DNA of 62,080 bases, filler included, from Candidatus Rokuibacteriota bacterium (lineage in GTDB: Bacteria; JAUVQV01; DATDCY01): assembly GCA_031406795.1 (NCBI GenBank). It is 8 parts of 8 records of this genome, joined end to end, with 100 filler letters (N's around TTAATTAATTAA, not from the genome) between each part and the next. Parts side by side here need not be neighbours in the genome. Positions count along the whole stretch, not along the records: positions 1 to 14,728 come from JANOHV010000050.1; 7 more parts are not named here. One strand, given 5' to 3'. Numbering within the stretch: position 1 is the stretch's first letter; each line of letters starts with the position of its first letter. The translations under genes were made by a program, and so were the position numbers. The notes below the pieces were generated by a model. It did no database searches. It was not told where the DNA came from and worked only from the letters and a program-made list of their open reading frames with translations. Positions 1 through 10,791 of the stretch are shown in pieces.

Positions 1-1
1 T

Positions 2-145
2 GTGGAGATGGTGATGCCCGGGGACAACGTGGAGATCGTGGGCGAGCTGATTTCGCCGATCGCCATGGAGAAGGAACTGCGCTTCGCGATCCGCGAGGGC
101 GGCCGCACCGTCGGTGCCGGCGTCGTCAGCGAGATCATCGAGTAA
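2..145 (+). CDS. tuf: Elongation factor Tu, C-terminal fragment (5' truncated)
   Basis: Frame 2 reads [47 protein letters not shown], the canonical EF-Tu C-terminus; directly upstream of rpsJ. Confidence 0.97.
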   Translation: MEMVMPGDNVEIVGELISPIAMEKELRFAIREGGRTVGAGVVSEIIE

Positions 146-259
146 GGATACAGTCACGGTCGGGGGGCAGCCGTTGAGGCGGTCCCCTACGAGGCGCGGG
201 AACGAGCGGGGGGCAGCCCCCCGCTAACACCCGCCCCCCAACGGCGAACAGGCTGAGGG

Positions 260-571
260 ATGATGGACACGCAAAAAATTCGGATCCGGCTCAAATCCTA
301 CGACCACCGGTTGCTCGATCAGTCGGTGGTGGAAATCGTCGACACCGCCAAGCGCACCGGCGCCCGTGTGGTCGGCCCGATCCCGCTTCCGGTGCGCATC
401 AACCGCTTCACGGTGCTGCGCTCGCCGCACGTGGACAAGAAGTCCCGGGAGCAGTTCGAGGTGCGGACCCACAAGCGGCTCGTTGACATCATCGACCCCA
501 CGTCGCAGACGGTCGACGCGCTGATGCGCCTCGACCTCGCGGCCGGGGTTGACGTCGAGATCAAGCTCTAG
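260..571 (+). CDS. rpsJ: 30S ribosomal protein S10
   Basis: [36 protein letters not shown] motifs. Confidence 0.99.
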   Translation: MMDTQKIRIRLKSYDHRLLDQSVVEIVDTAKRTGARVVGPIPLPVRINRFTVLRSPHVDKKSREQFEVRTHKRLVDIIDPTSQTVDALMRLDLAAGVDVEIKL

Positions 572-587
572 GCGAAGGGCGGGAATC

Positions 588-1232
588 GTGGAAAAGGTCG
601 TCGGTAAATCCATCGGTCTGATCGGCCGCAAGGTCGGCATGACCCAGATTTTTTCGGAAAAGGGCGTCTTGGTGCCCGTCACCGTGATCCAGGCCGGGCC
701 CTGCACCGTCGTGCAGAAGCGCGTTCGGACCAAGGACGGCTACGACGCGGTGCAGGTCGGTTTTGATCCGATCGTCAAGAAGCGCGGGCCGAACAAGCCC
801 GCGGCCGGCCACTTCAAGAAGGCCGGCGTGGCGCCGCAGCGCGTGCTGCGGGAGTTCCGGGGCATGGCGCCCGGGGAGTTCGAGCTCGGCCAGGAGATCA
901 AGGCCGACGTCTTCAAGATCGGCGAGACGGTCGACGTGGTCGGCGTCTCCAAGGGCAAGGGCTTCCAGGGCGGCGTCAAGCGTCACGGGTTTCGCGGCGG
1001 CGCCGGCTCGCACGGTTCGATGTTCCATCGCGCCCCCGGCTCGATCGGCGCTTCTTCGTACCCCTCGCGGGTCTTCCCCGGCCAGCGGCTGCCCGGGCAC
1101 ATGGGCGTCGACCGGGTGACGGTGAAGCATCTCGCCGTGGTCGGCGTCGACGAGACCCGCGGCTTGCTCCTCGTGAAGGGCGCCGTCCCCGGCGCTCCCC
1201 GCGGGATCGTTCTCATCACCGCGAAGCGCTAG
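588..1232 (+). CDS. rplC: 50S ribosomal protein L3
   Basis: GRKVGMTQIF, SKGKGFQGGVKRHGF, HRAPGSIG; GTG start at 588 chosen instead of the ORF-track 549. Confidence 0.98.
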   Translation: MEKVVGKSIGLIGRKVGMTQIFSEKGVLVPVTVIQAGPCTVVQKRVRTKDGYDAVQVGFDPIVKKRGPNKPAAGHFKKAGVAPQRVLREFRGMAPGEFELGQEIKADVFKIGETVDVVGVSKGKGFQGGVKRHGFRGGAGSHGSMFHRAPGSIGASSYPSRVFPGQRLPGHMGVDRVTVKHLAVVGVDETRGLLLVKGAVPGAPRGIVLITAKR

Positions 1233-1253
1233 GGACGCAGGGGAGAATACGTC

Positions 1254-1883
1254 ATGGCGAACACTGATTTGTACAACGCGAAAAACGAGAAGGTCGGCCA
1301 GATCGAGTTGCCGGGCGGTCTGTTCGGCGGCCGCATCAGCCAGGCCCTGCTCCACGAGGTTTCGAGCATCACCGCGTCGAACGAGCGCACCGGCACCCGG
1401 GCCACCAAGGGCCGCGGCGCGGTCTCCGGCGGCGGCCGCAAGCCCTGGAAGCAGAAGGGCACCGGCCGCGCGCGCCAGGGGAGCATCCGCTCGCCGCAGT
1501 GGCGGCACGGCGGCATTGTCTTCGGGCCGCTGCCCAAGCTCTACGACGTGCGCCTGCCCCAGTCCAAGCGTCGTGCCGCGATGCGCGCCGCACTGGCCTG
1601 GAAGCTGCGCGACGGGCTGGTCCACGTCATCGAGGAGTTTCCGGAAACCGGCGGCAAGGCCAAGGTCTTTGCGACCTGGCTCGCTCAGACCGGCTGGCGC
1701 GAGGGCGGCGTGCTTGCGCTGCACACGGGCGCGGGTCCGGAGCTGGCGCGCGCCGGCAGCAACCTACCCGACGTCAAAGTCGCGCGGCCCGGCGGCTTCG
1801 CCCTGAACGATCTCGTGGGCTTTCGTCACCTCGTGCTCACGCGCGCGGCCCTGGCCGCGATGGAGGAACAATGGGCAAAGTGA
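1254..1883 (+). CDS. rplD: 50S ribosomal protein L4
   Basis: SGGGRKPWKQKGTGRARQGSIRSPQWRHGG. Confidence 0.98.
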   Translation: MANTDLYNAKNEKVGQIELPGGLFGGRISQALLHEVSSITASNERTGTRATKGRGAVSGGGRKPWKQKGTGRARQGSIRSPQWRHGGIVFGPLPKLYDVRLPQSKRRAAMRAALAWKLRDGLVHVIEEFPETGGKAKVFATWLAQTGWREGGVLALHTGAGPELARAGSNLPDVKVARPGGFALNDLVGFRHLVLTRAALAAMEEQWAK

Positions 1884-2172
1884 ACGATCCGTACCGTATC
1901 ATCCGCAAGCCGCTGCTGACGGAGAAGTGCCACGACCTCAAGGAGAAGCACAACCAGGTCGCGTTCCGGGTTGACCCGAACGCGACCAAGAGCGACATCA
2001 AGGCGGCCGTGGAGCGGATCTTCAAGGCCAAGGTGGCCGCGGTGAACACCGTGAACATCCTCGGCAAGGAGAAGCGCCTCGGCAGAAACGTCGGCCGTCG
2101 CTCGGACTGGAAAAAGGCGATCGTCACGCTGAAGCCGGGCGAGAAGATCGAGATCATCGAAGGGGCTTCATA

Positions 2173-2173
<1 letters not shown>
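1880..2173 (+). CDS. rplW: 50S ribosomal protein L23
   Basis: [10 protein letters not shown]...[13 protein letters not shown]...[12 protein letters not shown] overlap with rplD stop. Confidence 0.97.
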
Positions 2174-3000
<827 letters not shown>

Positions 3001-3021
3001 CCAGGAAGGCGAGAGGGGGCC

Positions 3022-3327
3022 ATGGGTCGTTCATCGCGCAAGGGACCGTTCATCGACCAGCACCTGCTGGACAAGATCGAAGCGCTCAACCGCTCCGGCG
3101 AGAAGAAGGTCGTCAAGACCTGGTCGCGCCGGTCGGTGATCGCCCCGGAGTTCATCGGGCACACCGTAGCGGTTCACAACGGGAAGAAGTTCATCCCGGT
3201 CTACCTGACGGAAAACATGGTCGGCCACCGCCTGGGTGAGTTCTCCCCGACGCGGACCTTCCGCGGCCACGGCACCAAGGCCGAGCGGTCGGCCGCACCG
3301 ACGCCGGCAGCCGCAGGGCCCAAGTAG
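3022..3327 (+). CDS. rpsS: 30S ribosomal protein S19
   Basis: [26 protein letters not shown]; short Ala/Pro C-terminal tail. Confidence 0.99.
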   Translation: MGRSSRKGPFIDQHLLDKIEALNRSGEKKVVKTWSRRSVIAPEFIGHTVAVHNGKKFIPVYLTENMVGHRLGEFSPTRTFRGHGTKAERSAAPTPAAAGPK

Positions 3328-3359
3328 CCTCAGGGCGAGCAGGAAGGGACAAGGAAACG

Positions 3360-3698
3360 ATGGAAGCCAGAGCGATCGCAAAATACATTCGGATGTCCCC
3401 GCAGAAGGTGCGCCTCGTCGCGGACACGGTCCGCGGCAAGAAGGTCGAGGAGGCGCTGGCCACGCTCGAGCACACCGCCAAGGCCGCGGCCAAGGTGGTG
3501 GGCAAGGTGGTCAAGTCGGCGGCGGCCAACGTCGAGCACAATCTGAAGGCTGGCAACGCGGAGGAGTTCCGCGTCGCCGTGATCACCGTCGACGGCGGCC
3601 CGATGCTCAAGCGGCACCGTGCGGTCGCGATGGGACGCGCGGCGAAGATCTGGAAGCGCACGAGCCACATCACCGTCGTCTTGCGCGACGGCGTTTAG
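3360..3698 (+). CDS. rplV: 50S ribosomal protein L22
   Basis: IRMSPQKVRLVAD, KRTSHITV. Confidence 0.98.
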   Translation: MEARAIAKYIRMSPQKVRLVADTVRGKKVEEALATLEHTAKAAAKVVGKVVKSAAANVEHNLKAGNAEEFRVAVITVDGGPMLKRHRAVAMGRAAKIWKRTSHITVVLRDGV

Positions 3699-3719
3699 TC
3701 GGAAGGGGGGGAGCGGGAC

Positions 3720-4379
3720 GTGGGTCAAAAAGTTCATCCTGTCGGGCTGAGGCTCGGCATCGTCAACACCTGGAATTCGCGCTGGTACGCCAACAAGGGG
3801 TATGCCGAGCAACTGCATGAGGACATCAAGGTCCGGGCCTTCATCAAGAAGACCCTGTCCCACGCCGGCGTCTCCTGCGTCGAGATCGAGCGGGCTGCGA
3901 AGCGTTTGCGCATCAACATCCACACGGCGCGCCCCGGGATCATCATCGGGAAGAAGGGCGCCGAGATCGACAAGCTGATGAAGAGCCTGCAGGATCTGAC
4001 CGGCAAGGAAGTTTTCGTCAACATCATGGAAGTGCGCAAGCCCGAAATCGACGCACAGCTGGTTTCGGAGAACATCGCGCTGCAGCTCGAGCGCCGCGTC
4101 TCGTTCCGCCGGGCGATGAAGCGCTCGGTGCTCTCCGCGATGCGGTTCGGCGCCGAGGGTATCAAGGTCATGGCCGCAGGACGCCTCGCCGGGCACGAAA
4201 TCGCCCGCAGCGAGTGGTACCGCGAAGGGCGGGTGCCGCTGCACACCCTGCGTGCCGACATCGAGTATGGTTTCGCCGAGGCCAAGACGACCTACGGCGT
4301 GATCGGCGTCAAGGTCTGGGTCTTCCGGGGGATCAAGGATCTCCTCGGGACCGAGGCCAAGGCGGCCGTGAAGCAGTAG
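3720..4379 (+). CDS. rpsC: 30S ribosomal protein S3
   Basis: [26 protein letters not shown]. Confidence 0.99.
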   Translation: MGQKVHPVGLRLGIVNTWNSRWYANKGYAEQLHEDIKVRAFIKKTLSHAGVSCVEIERAAKRLRINIHTARPGIIIGKKGAEIDKLMKSLQDLTGKEVFVNIMEVRKPEIDAQLVSENIALQLERRVSFRRAMKRSVLSAMRFGAEGIKVMAAGRLAGHEIARSEWYREGRVPLHTLRADIEYGFAEAKTTYGVIGVKVWVFRGIKDLLGTEAKAAVKQ

Positions 4380-4397
4380 GAAAGAGGACGACACGCC

Positions 4398-4805
4398 ATG
4401 CTGAGCCCAAAGAGGGTAAAATTCCGCAAGATGCATAAGGGCCGCCGCGCCGGGCAGGCGACGCGCGGGGCCGAGGTCGCGTTCGGCGAGTGGGGCCTCC
4501 AGGCCCTCGGCGCGGCCTGGATGACCAACCGCCAGATCGAAGCCGGCCGCGTGGCCATCACCCGCTTCATCAAGCGCGGCGGCAAGGTCTGGATCCGGGT
4601 CTTTCCCGACAAGCCGGTCACGCACAAGCCGGCCGAGACCCGCATGGGCAAGGGCAAGGGCGCCCCGGACGGCTGGGTCTGCGTGATCAAGCCGGGCCGG
4701 ATCCTCTACGAGATCGACGGCGTCGACGCCGCGACCGCGGCCGAGGCCCTGCGACTCGCCAAGCACAAGTTCGGGTTCCCGACCCGGATCGTGGCACGGA
4801 GGTAG
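4398..4805 (+). CDS. rplP: 50S ribosomal protein L16
   Basis: [20 protein letters not shown]. Confidence 0.99.
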   Translation: MLSPKRVKFRKMHKGRRAGQATRGAEVAFGEWGLQALGAAWMTNRQIEAGRVAITRFIKRGGKVWIRVFPDKPVTHKPAETRMGKGKGAPDGWVCVIKPGRILYEIDGVDAATAAEALRLAKHKFGFPTRIVARR

Positions 4806-4810
4806 CGGTC

Positions 4811-5038
4811 GTGAAGAAGGTGAAGGCGGGAAAGATCAGGGAGATGGCGGCCACCGAGTTCGGCAAGCGGGCCGTCGAGATTCGCGAGGAGCTCTTCAAG
4901 CTGCGGTTCCAGCACGCCACGGGCCAGCTCGAAAACCCGGTGCGTATGCGTACGCTGCGCCGGGAGCTGGCCCGGGTGCTCACCGTGCAGCACGAGCAGG
5001 CGGTCGCGGCCGCGAAGCCAGCGGGAAAGGCAGGGTAG
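4811..5038 (+). CDS. rpmC: 50S ribosomal protein L29
   Basis: ELFKLRFQHATGQLENPVRMRTLRRELARVLT; GTG at 4811; position between rplP and rpsQ. Confidence 0.95.
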   Translation: MKKVKAGKIREMAATEFGKRAVEIREELFKLRFQHATGQLENPVRMRTLRRELARVLTVQHEQAVAAAKPAGKAG

Positions 5039-5042
5039 GGGA

Positions 5043-5321
5043 GTGGAGGAACAGGGCAAGGTCGTGGAGGAGCGGGGCCGGAGGAAGACGCGCACCGGGC
5101 TGGTCGTCGGCACCCAGATGGACAAGACGGCGGTGGTGAAGGTTGAGCGTCGGCAGCAGCACCCGAAGTTCAAGCGCTACCTGCTGCGCTCGGCGAAGTA
5201 CCTCGTGCACGACGAGACGAACCAACTCCAGGTGGGGGACAAGGTGCGCATCATCGAGACGCGCCCCTTGAGCAAGCGCAAGTGCTGGCGCCTCCACCAG
5301 GTCATCGAGAAGACCAAGTAG
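5043..5321 (+). CDS. rpsQ: 30S ribosomal protein S17
   Basis: MDKTAVVKV, HDETN, IIETRPLSKRKCW. Confidence 0.98.
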   Translation: MEEQGKVVEERGRRKTRTGLVVGTQMDKTAVVKVERRQQHPKFKRYLLRSAKYLVHDETNQLQVGDKVRIIETRPLSKRKCWRLHQVIEKTK

Positions 5322-5348
5322 CGCGCTGGCGACGGGGGTCAGAAGGCA

Positions 5349-5717
5349 ATGATTCAGGTACAGACCATCCTCGAAGTGGCCGATAACTCCGGGGCCCGCA
5401 AGGTGATGTGCATCAAGGTCCTCGGGGGATCGAAGCGTCGTTACGCGGCGCTCGGCGACACGATCGTCGTTTCGGTCAAGGAGTCGCTTCCGGGCGGCGC
5501 CATCAAGAAGGGCTCGGTGCTCAAGGCGGTGGTGGTTCGTGTCGCCGCCAATCACGGGCGCCCCGACGGCACGTACATCAAGTTCGACCGCAACGCCGCC
5601 GTGGTCATCAACCCTCAGGGCGAACCCCTCGGCAGCCGTATCTTCGGGCCGGTGGCCCGGGAGCTGCGCGCGCGCGGCTACATGAAGATCATCTCCCTCG
5701 CGCCGGAAGTTCTTTAG
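5349..5717 (+). CDS. rplN: 50S ribosomal protein L14
   Basis: [26 protein letters not shown]. Confidence 0.99.
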   Translation: MIQVQTILEVADNSGARKVMCIKVLGGSKRRYAALGDTIVVSVKESLPGGAIKKGSVLKAVVVRVAANHGRPDGTYIKFDRNAAVVINPQGEPLGSRIFGPVARELRARGYMKIISLAPEVL

Positions 5718-5755
5718 CACGGCGGCGGGGCGGCTGAGAAAGGCACGGGCAGACG

Positions 5756-6070
5756 ATGGCAAGAGCGATCAGGATGAACGACACGGTGGCGGTCATCGCC
5801 GGGAAAGAAAAGGGCAAGCGCGGGCGCGTGCTCATGGTCCTTCCCGACGACAACCGGGTCATCGTTGAAAAGGTGAATTTTATCAAGCGGCACACGAAAC
5901 CCTCGCAGAATCAGCGCCAGGGTGGTATCATAGAACGAGAGGGCCCGATCCATCTCTCGAACGTGCAGCTTTATTGCAAGAAGTGCGCAAAACCGGTGCG
6001 GCTGCGGCGACTGACGGGCACGGACGGCGCGAAGAGCCGGGCCTGCGCGCGCTGCGGCGATCTGCTTTAG
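5756..6070 (+). CDS. rplX: 50S ribosomal protein L24
   Basis: [14 protein letters not shown] motif, GPIHLSNV; two CxxC pairs (CKKC, CARC). Confidence 0.98.
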   Translation: MARAIRMNDTVAVIAGKEKGKRGRVLMVLPDDNRVIVEKVNFIKRHTKPSQNQRQGGIIEREGPIHLSNVQLYCKKCAKPVRLRRLTGTDGAKSRACARCGDLL

Positions 6071-6135
6071 GGACGACGGACGGGGAGGGAGATCCTCCGC
6101 GGGACAACGGAAGACGGGAGCGGAGTAACCCAACT

Positions 6136-6855
6136 ATGGCGAAGGAAAAAGAGAGCGGCAAGAAGAAGGACGCAGGCCAGGCGGCCGGCAAGTCGGCCGG
6201 CAAGCCCGGCGGCAAGGAGGCCAAGCAGGCCAAGGCCGCCAAGTCGGCCAAGCCGGAGGCCGGTGTCGCGGCGCCTGCCGCGCCCAAGGGGCCCAAGGCC
6301 CCGGTCGAGCCGGCGCGGCTCCGGGTCAAGTACCGCGCCGAGGTGGTCCCGGCCCTGATGAAGCAGTTCGGCTACACGAACGTGATGCAGGTTCCGAAGC
6401 TCGTCAAGGTGGTTCTCAACCGCGGCACCGGCGATGCGTCGTCCGAGGCTAAGGTGATGGAGACCTACGTGGACGAACTCCGGGCCATCACCGGGCAGCG
6501 TCCGGTCGTGACGCGCGCGCGCCGCTCGATCGCCGCCTTCAAGCTGCGCGAGGGGATGCCGATCGGGTGCAAGGTGACGCTGCGCGGCGAACGGATGTAC
6601 GAGTTCTTCGACCGACTGGTCAGCCTGACGCTCCCCCGGGTGCGCGACTTCCGCGGCGTCTCGCCCAAGGGCTTCGACGGACGGGGCAACTTCAACCTCG
6701 GGCTCGACGAGCAGATCATTTTCCCCGAAATCGAATACGACAAGATCGTCCGGGTCAAGGGCGTGAGCATCTCGGTCAGCACGACCGCCGCCACGGACGA
6801 CGAGGGGCGGGCCCTGCTCAAGGCGCTCGGTTTCCCCTTCCGCGAGCAGGCGTAG
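6136..6855 (+). CDS. rplE: 50S ribosomal protein L5 with 59-aa Lys/Ala/Pro N-terminal extension
   Basis: [36 protein letters not shown] at 6136 after GGAG, no start codon near the usual start. Confidence 0.97.
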   Translation: MAKEKESGKKKDAGQAAGKSAGKPGGKEAKQAKAAKSAKPEAGVAAPAAPKGPKAPVEPARLRVKYRAEVVPALMKQFGYTNVMQVPKLVKVVLNRGTGDASSEAKVMETYVDELRAITGQRPVVTRARRSIAAFKLREGMPIGCKVTLRGERMYEFFDRLVSLTLPRVRDFRGVSPKGFDGRGNFNLGLDEQIIFPEIEYDKIVRVKGVSISVSTTAATDDEGRALLKALGFPFREQA

Positions 6856-6883
6856 CGTAGGACCGGCGAAAAGGAGCACGAAC

Positions 6884-7069
6884 GTGGCGAAGACATCACT
6901 CATGGTCAAGGCGCGCCGGAAGCCCAAGTTCCCGGTGCGGAAATACAACCGTTGCCCCCTGTGCGGGCGGCCGCGGGCGTTTCTGCGCAAGTTCCAGATG
7001 TGCCGCATATGTTTCCGCTCCCTGGCCCTGAAGGGTGATATCCCCGGGGTCGTCAAGGCGAGCTGGTAG
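6884..7069 (+). CDS. rpsN: 30S ribosomal protein S14, type Z (short zinc-binding form)
   Basis: 61 aa, RCPLCGRPR...[16 protein letters not shown]. Confidence 0.98.
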   Translation: MAKTSLMVKARRKPKFPVRKYNRCPLCGRPRAFLRKFQMCRICFRSLALKGDIPGVVKASW

Positions 7070-7091
7070 CCAGGGGGAGGGAGAACAGGCG

Positions 7092-7490
7092 ATGTCGATG
7101 ACGGACCCCATCGCGGATCTGCTGACGCGGATCCGCAACGCGAACCAAAAGGCCTTCGAGAAGCTTGAGGTGCCGCACTCCAAGTTCAAGGAGGAGATCG
7201 TGAAGATCCTCCGCGACGAGGGCTATCTGAAGGATTACCGCATCCTCAAGGATCAGGGGCGCAGCCTGATCAAGATTTCGATGAAGTACGGGGACCGCGA
7301 GAAGCGGGTCATCACGCGCATCGAGCGCGTGAGCAAGCCGAGCAAGCGCGTCTACGTCGGCCACGACGAGATCCCGCGCGTCCAGGGCGGCTTCGGTGTG
7401 GCGATCCTCTCCACGCCGAACGGCGTGATGACGGACCGTCAGGCGCGGACGGCGCGCGTCGGCGGCGAAGTTCTCGCCTACATCTGGTAG
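7092..7490 (+). CDS. rpsH: 30S ribosomal protein S8
   Basis: [31 protein letters not shown]. Confidence 0.99.
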   Translation: MSMTDPIADLLTRIRNANQKAFEKLEVPHSKFKEEIVKILRDEGYLKDYRILKDQGRSLIKISMKYGDREKRVITRIERVSKPSKRVYVGHDEIPRVQGGFGVAILSTPNGVMTDRQARTARVGGEVLAYIW

Positions 7491-7516
7491 CGGCGAGCGA
7501 GCGAGGGACGCGGACG

Positions 7517-8053
7517 ATGTCGAGAATCGGGAAGAAGATCAAGGCCATCCCCAAGGGGGTGGAGTTGAAGATTGCGGGGGAGTACCTCGAGGTCAAGGGG
7601 CCGAAGGGCGCCCTGCGCGAGAAGATTCACCCGGCGGTGAAGTTCGAGATCGCCGACGGCGTGCTCACGGTCGTCAAGATCCGTGAGGAGAAGGGCGACG
7701 ACGCGGTGCATGGGCTGATGCGCAGCCTTGCGGTGAACATGATCACCGGCGTCACCGAGGGCTATCAGCGGGTGCTGGAGATCGTCGGCGTCGGCTATCG
7801 GGCCCAGGTGCAGGGGGCGGTGCTGACGTTGAACGTAGGGTACTCCAGCCCGGTCAACTACCCGGTGCCCAAGGGCATCGAGGTCGATGCGTCGGGCAAG
7901 GGTCAGGTCGTCATCAAGGGAATCGACAAGCGGCTGGTCGGCACGGTCGCGGCCGAGGTCCGGGCCATCCGCCCGCCCGAGCCCTACAAGGGCAAGGGGA
8001 TCAAGTATTCCGACGAGCGGATCCGCCGCAAGGTCGGCAAGACCGGCGCCTAA
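7517..8053 (+). CDS. rplF: 50S ribosomal protein L6
   Basis: [20 protein letters not shown]. Confidence 0.99.
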   Translation: MSRIGKKIKAIPKGVELKIAGEYLEVKGPKGALREKIHPAVKFEIADGVLTVVKIREEKGDDAVHGLMRSLAVNMITGVTEGYQRVLEIVGVGYRAQVQGAVLTLNVGYSSPVNYPVPKGIEVDASGKGQVVIKGIDKRLVGTVAAEVRAIRPPEPYKGKGIKYSDERIRRKVGKTGA

Positions 8054-8066
8054 GGAGGATGCGAGC

Positions 8067-8429
8067 GTGAAGATGGGTTCCGAGGACGCGAGAAAGAAGC
8101 GTCATGCCAGGATACGCCGGCGGCTCAGCGGTTCGGCCGAGCGCCCGCGGATGTGCGTGTTCCGCAGCGATCGGCACATTTCCGTGCAGATCATCGACGA
8201 TACGACCGGCCGGGTCCTCGTGAGCGCCTCGTCGCTCTCGAAGGAGTTCCGTGAGCAGGGCCTCAAGGGGTCCGGGGTGCCCGCGGCGAAAGCCGTCGGC
8301 GCGCTGATCGCCGGCAAGGCCGTCGCGCAGTCGATCGAAAAGGTGGTCTTCGACCGCTGCGGCTTCATCTACCACGGCCGCGTCAAGGCCCTGGCCGACG
8401 CCGCGCGCGAAAAAGGTCTGAAGTTCTAA
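8067..8429 (+). CDS. rplR: 50S ribosomal protein L18
   Basis: [40 protein letters not shown] 8 nt before GTG 8067. Confidence 0.97.
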   Translation: MKMGSEDARKKRHARIRRRLSGSAERPRMCVFRSDRHISVQIIDDTTGRVLVSASSLSKEFREQGLKGSGVPAAKAVGALIAGKAVAQSIEKVVFDRCGFIYHGRVKALADAAREKGLKF

Positions 8430-8448
8430 GGCAGCCAGGAGGCGTGAT

Positions 8449-8964
8449 GTGAGAATGTCCTTTGATCAGAAACGGGGCGAGGAGTCCGAGTTCCTCGAGA
8501 AGGTGGTCACCATCAACCGCGTGGCCAAGGTCGTCAAGGGCGGCCGCCGCTTCTCCTTCAGCGCGCTGGTTGTCGTCGGTGACGGCAAGGGCAAGGTCGG
8601 CTGGGGCATGGGCAAGGCCAACGAGGTTCCGGCGGCGATAAAGAAGGGCGTCGAGAAGGCGAAGAAGGGCTTCATCACGGTCCCGCTCGTGCAAGCCACG
8701 ATTCCCCACCCGGTGGTCGGACGCTACGGGGCCGGGCACGTCATCCTGAAGCCGGCCTCGCAGGGCACGGGCGTCATCGCGGGCGGCGCGGTGCGCGCGG
8801 TCATGGAGACGATGGGGGTGCACGACATCCTCACCAAGTCGCTCGGCACCGGCAACGCGCACAACGTCTTGCGCGCGGTCTTCGAAGGTCTGCGCTCCGT
8901 GCGCAGCGCCGAGGAAGTCGCCAAGAGCAGGGGCAAGAACGTCGAGGAAATCCTCGCGCGCTGA
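8449..8964 (+). CDS. rpsE: 30S ribosomal protein S5
   Basis: [31 protein letters not shown]. Confidence 0.99.
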   Translation: MRMSFDQKRGEESEFLEKVVTINRVAKVVKGGRRFSFSALVVVGDGKGKVGWGMGKANEVPAAIKKGVEKAKKGFITVPLVQATIPHPVVGRYGAGHVILKPASQGTGVIAGGAVRAVMETMGVHDILTKSLGTGNAHNVLRAVFEGLRSVRSAEEVAKSRGKNVEEILAR

Positions 8965-8995
8965 GGCGCGGCGCGCGGGTGGAGGGCTACGAACG

Positions 8996-9481
8996 ATGAG
9001 TGAGGCAAAGATGACATCGGCAGGACCGGTCGGCGAGCTTGCGGCGCACCGGCTCTCTCCGGCGCCCGGCGCGAAGAAGCGCAACAAGCGCGTCGGCCGC
9101 GGCGTCGGCTCCGGCCACGGCAAGACCAGCTGCCGCGGCGGCAAGGGGCAGACGGCGCGTTCCGGCGGCAGCATCGCTCCGGGGTTCGAGGGCGGGCAGA
9201 TGCCGCTGCAGCGGCGGCTGCCGAAGCGCGGCTTTCACAACCCGTTCCGGGTCGCGTACGAAGTGGTGAACGTCGGACAGCTCGAGGCCTTCGAGGCCGG
9301 CGTTGAGGTCACGCCAGCCACGCTGCGCGACCGTCGGCTGCTGCGGCGGGGCAAGTCGCTGCTCAAGGTGCTCGGCGACGGGACGCTCACACGCGGTCTG
9401 ACCGTGCACGCCCACGCGGTGAGCACGGCCGCGCGCCAGAAGATCGAAGCGGCCGGCGGCCGCGTCGAGATCATCGCGTAG
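8996..9481 (+). CDS. rplO: 50S ribosomal protein L15
   Basis: RVGRGVGSGHGKT, GFEGGQMPLQRRLPKRGF; exact start uncertain. Confidence 0.98.
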   Translation: MSEAKMTSAGPVGELAAHRLSPAPGAKKRNKRVGRGVGSGHGKTSCRGGKGQTARSGGSIAPGFEGGQMPLQRRLPKRGFHNPFRVAYEVVNVGQLEAFEAGVEVTPATLRDRRLLRRGKSLLKVLGDGTLTRGLTVHAHAVSTAARQKIEAAGGRVEIIA

Positions 9482-9503
9482 CCAGCGGGGAACCGGGAAG
9501 CCG

Positions 9504-10790
9504 ATGATCCAGATCATCCGAAGCATATTCGCGATACCGGAGCTGCGCAAGCGGATCCTGTTCACGTTCGGTCTGCTCGTGGTCTATCGCATCGGGGCGC
9601 ACATCCCGACGCCGGGCATCGACCTCGCGGCGCTCGACGCGTTCTTCGAAGCCTCGAAGGGGACCCTGCTCGGGTTCTTCGACATGTTCTCGGGCGGCGC
9701 GCTGCGGCGTTTGACCATTTTCGCGCTCGGCATCATGCCCTACATCGACGCGGCGATCATCCTCGAACTGCTCAAGGTGGTCATCCCGCACCTGGCCCGC
9801 CTGGCCAAGGAGGGCGAGGCGGGGCGCAAGAAACTGACCCAGTACACCCGGTACGGGACGATCGTGATCGGCATCGTCCAGGCGCTCGGGATCTCGATCG
9901 GCCTCGAGAGCATGCAGGCGCCGGACGGCGCGGCGATCGTGCCCAACCCGGGCCTGGCGTTCCGGCTGCTGACGATCATCACGCTGACCTCGGGCACGGC
10001 CTTCATCATGTGGCTCGGCGAACAGATCACCGAGCGCGGGATCGGCAACGGCATCTCGCTGATCATCATGGCCGGCATCGTCGTCCGGCTGCCGATGGCC
10101 ATCGCCAACACGTTCTCGCTCTACAACTCGGGCAACATCTCGCTGGTGATGATCATCTTCCTCGCGGTGATGATGGTCGCGGTCGTCGCGCTCATCGTCT
10201 TCGCGGAGAGCGGCCAGCGGAAAATCCCGGTGCAGTACGCGCGGCGGGTGGTCGGCCGCAAGATGCTCGGCGGCCAGAGCACCTACATCCCGCTGAAAAT
10301 CAACACCGCCGGGGTCATCCCGCCGATCTTCGCCTCGGCGATCATCATGTTCCCGGCGACGATCCTGCAGTTCATCAACGTACCGGCACTCCAGAACCTC
10401 TCGACCTATCTCTCGCCGGGTTCCGCGCTGTACGAGGTGCTCTTCGTCTTCTTCATCCTCTTCTTCTGTTACTTCTACACCGCGGTGGTCTTCAACCCCG
10501 AGGATCTCGCCGAGAATCTGAAGAAGTACGGCGGGTTCATCCCGGGCGTCCGTCCGGGGAAGAAAACCGCGGAGTTCATCGACAAGGTGGTCACCCGCAT
10601 CACGCTGGGCGGCGCCATCTACGTGGCTTCCATCTGCGTGCTGCCGGACCTGCTGATCTCGAAGCTCAACGTGCCCTACTACTTCGGCGGAACGTCGCTG
10701 ATGATCGTGGTGGTCACGGCGCGCGACACCATGACGCAGATCGAGTCGCACCTGTTGACACGTCACTACAAGGGTTTCCTGAAGAAGTAG
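9504..10790 (+). CDS. secY: Preprotein translocase subunit SecY
   Basis: IFALGIMPYI, WLGEQITERGIGNGISL, GVIPPIFA, GGFIPGVRPG. Confidence 0.99.
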   Translation: MIQIIRSIFAIPELRKRILFTFGLLVVYRIGAHIPTPGIDLAALDAFFEASKGTLLGFFDMFSGGALRRLTIFALGIMPYIDAAIILELLKVVIPHLARLAKEGEAGRKKLTQYTRYGTIVIGIVQALGISIGLESMQAPDGAAIVPNPGLAFRLLTIITLTSGTAFIMWLGEQITERGIGNGISLIIMAGIVVRLPMAIANTFSLYNSGNISLVMIIFLAVMMVAVVALIVFAESGQRKIPVQYARRVVGRKMLGGQSTYIPLKINTAGVIPPIFASAIIMFPATILQFINVPALQNLSTYLSPGSALYEVLFVFFILFFCYFYTAVVFNPEDLAENLKKYGGFIPGVRPGKKTAEFIDKVVTRITLGGAIYVASICVLPDLLISKLNVPYYFGGTSLMIVVVTARDTMTQIESHLLTRHYKGFLKK

Positions 10791-10791
10791 C

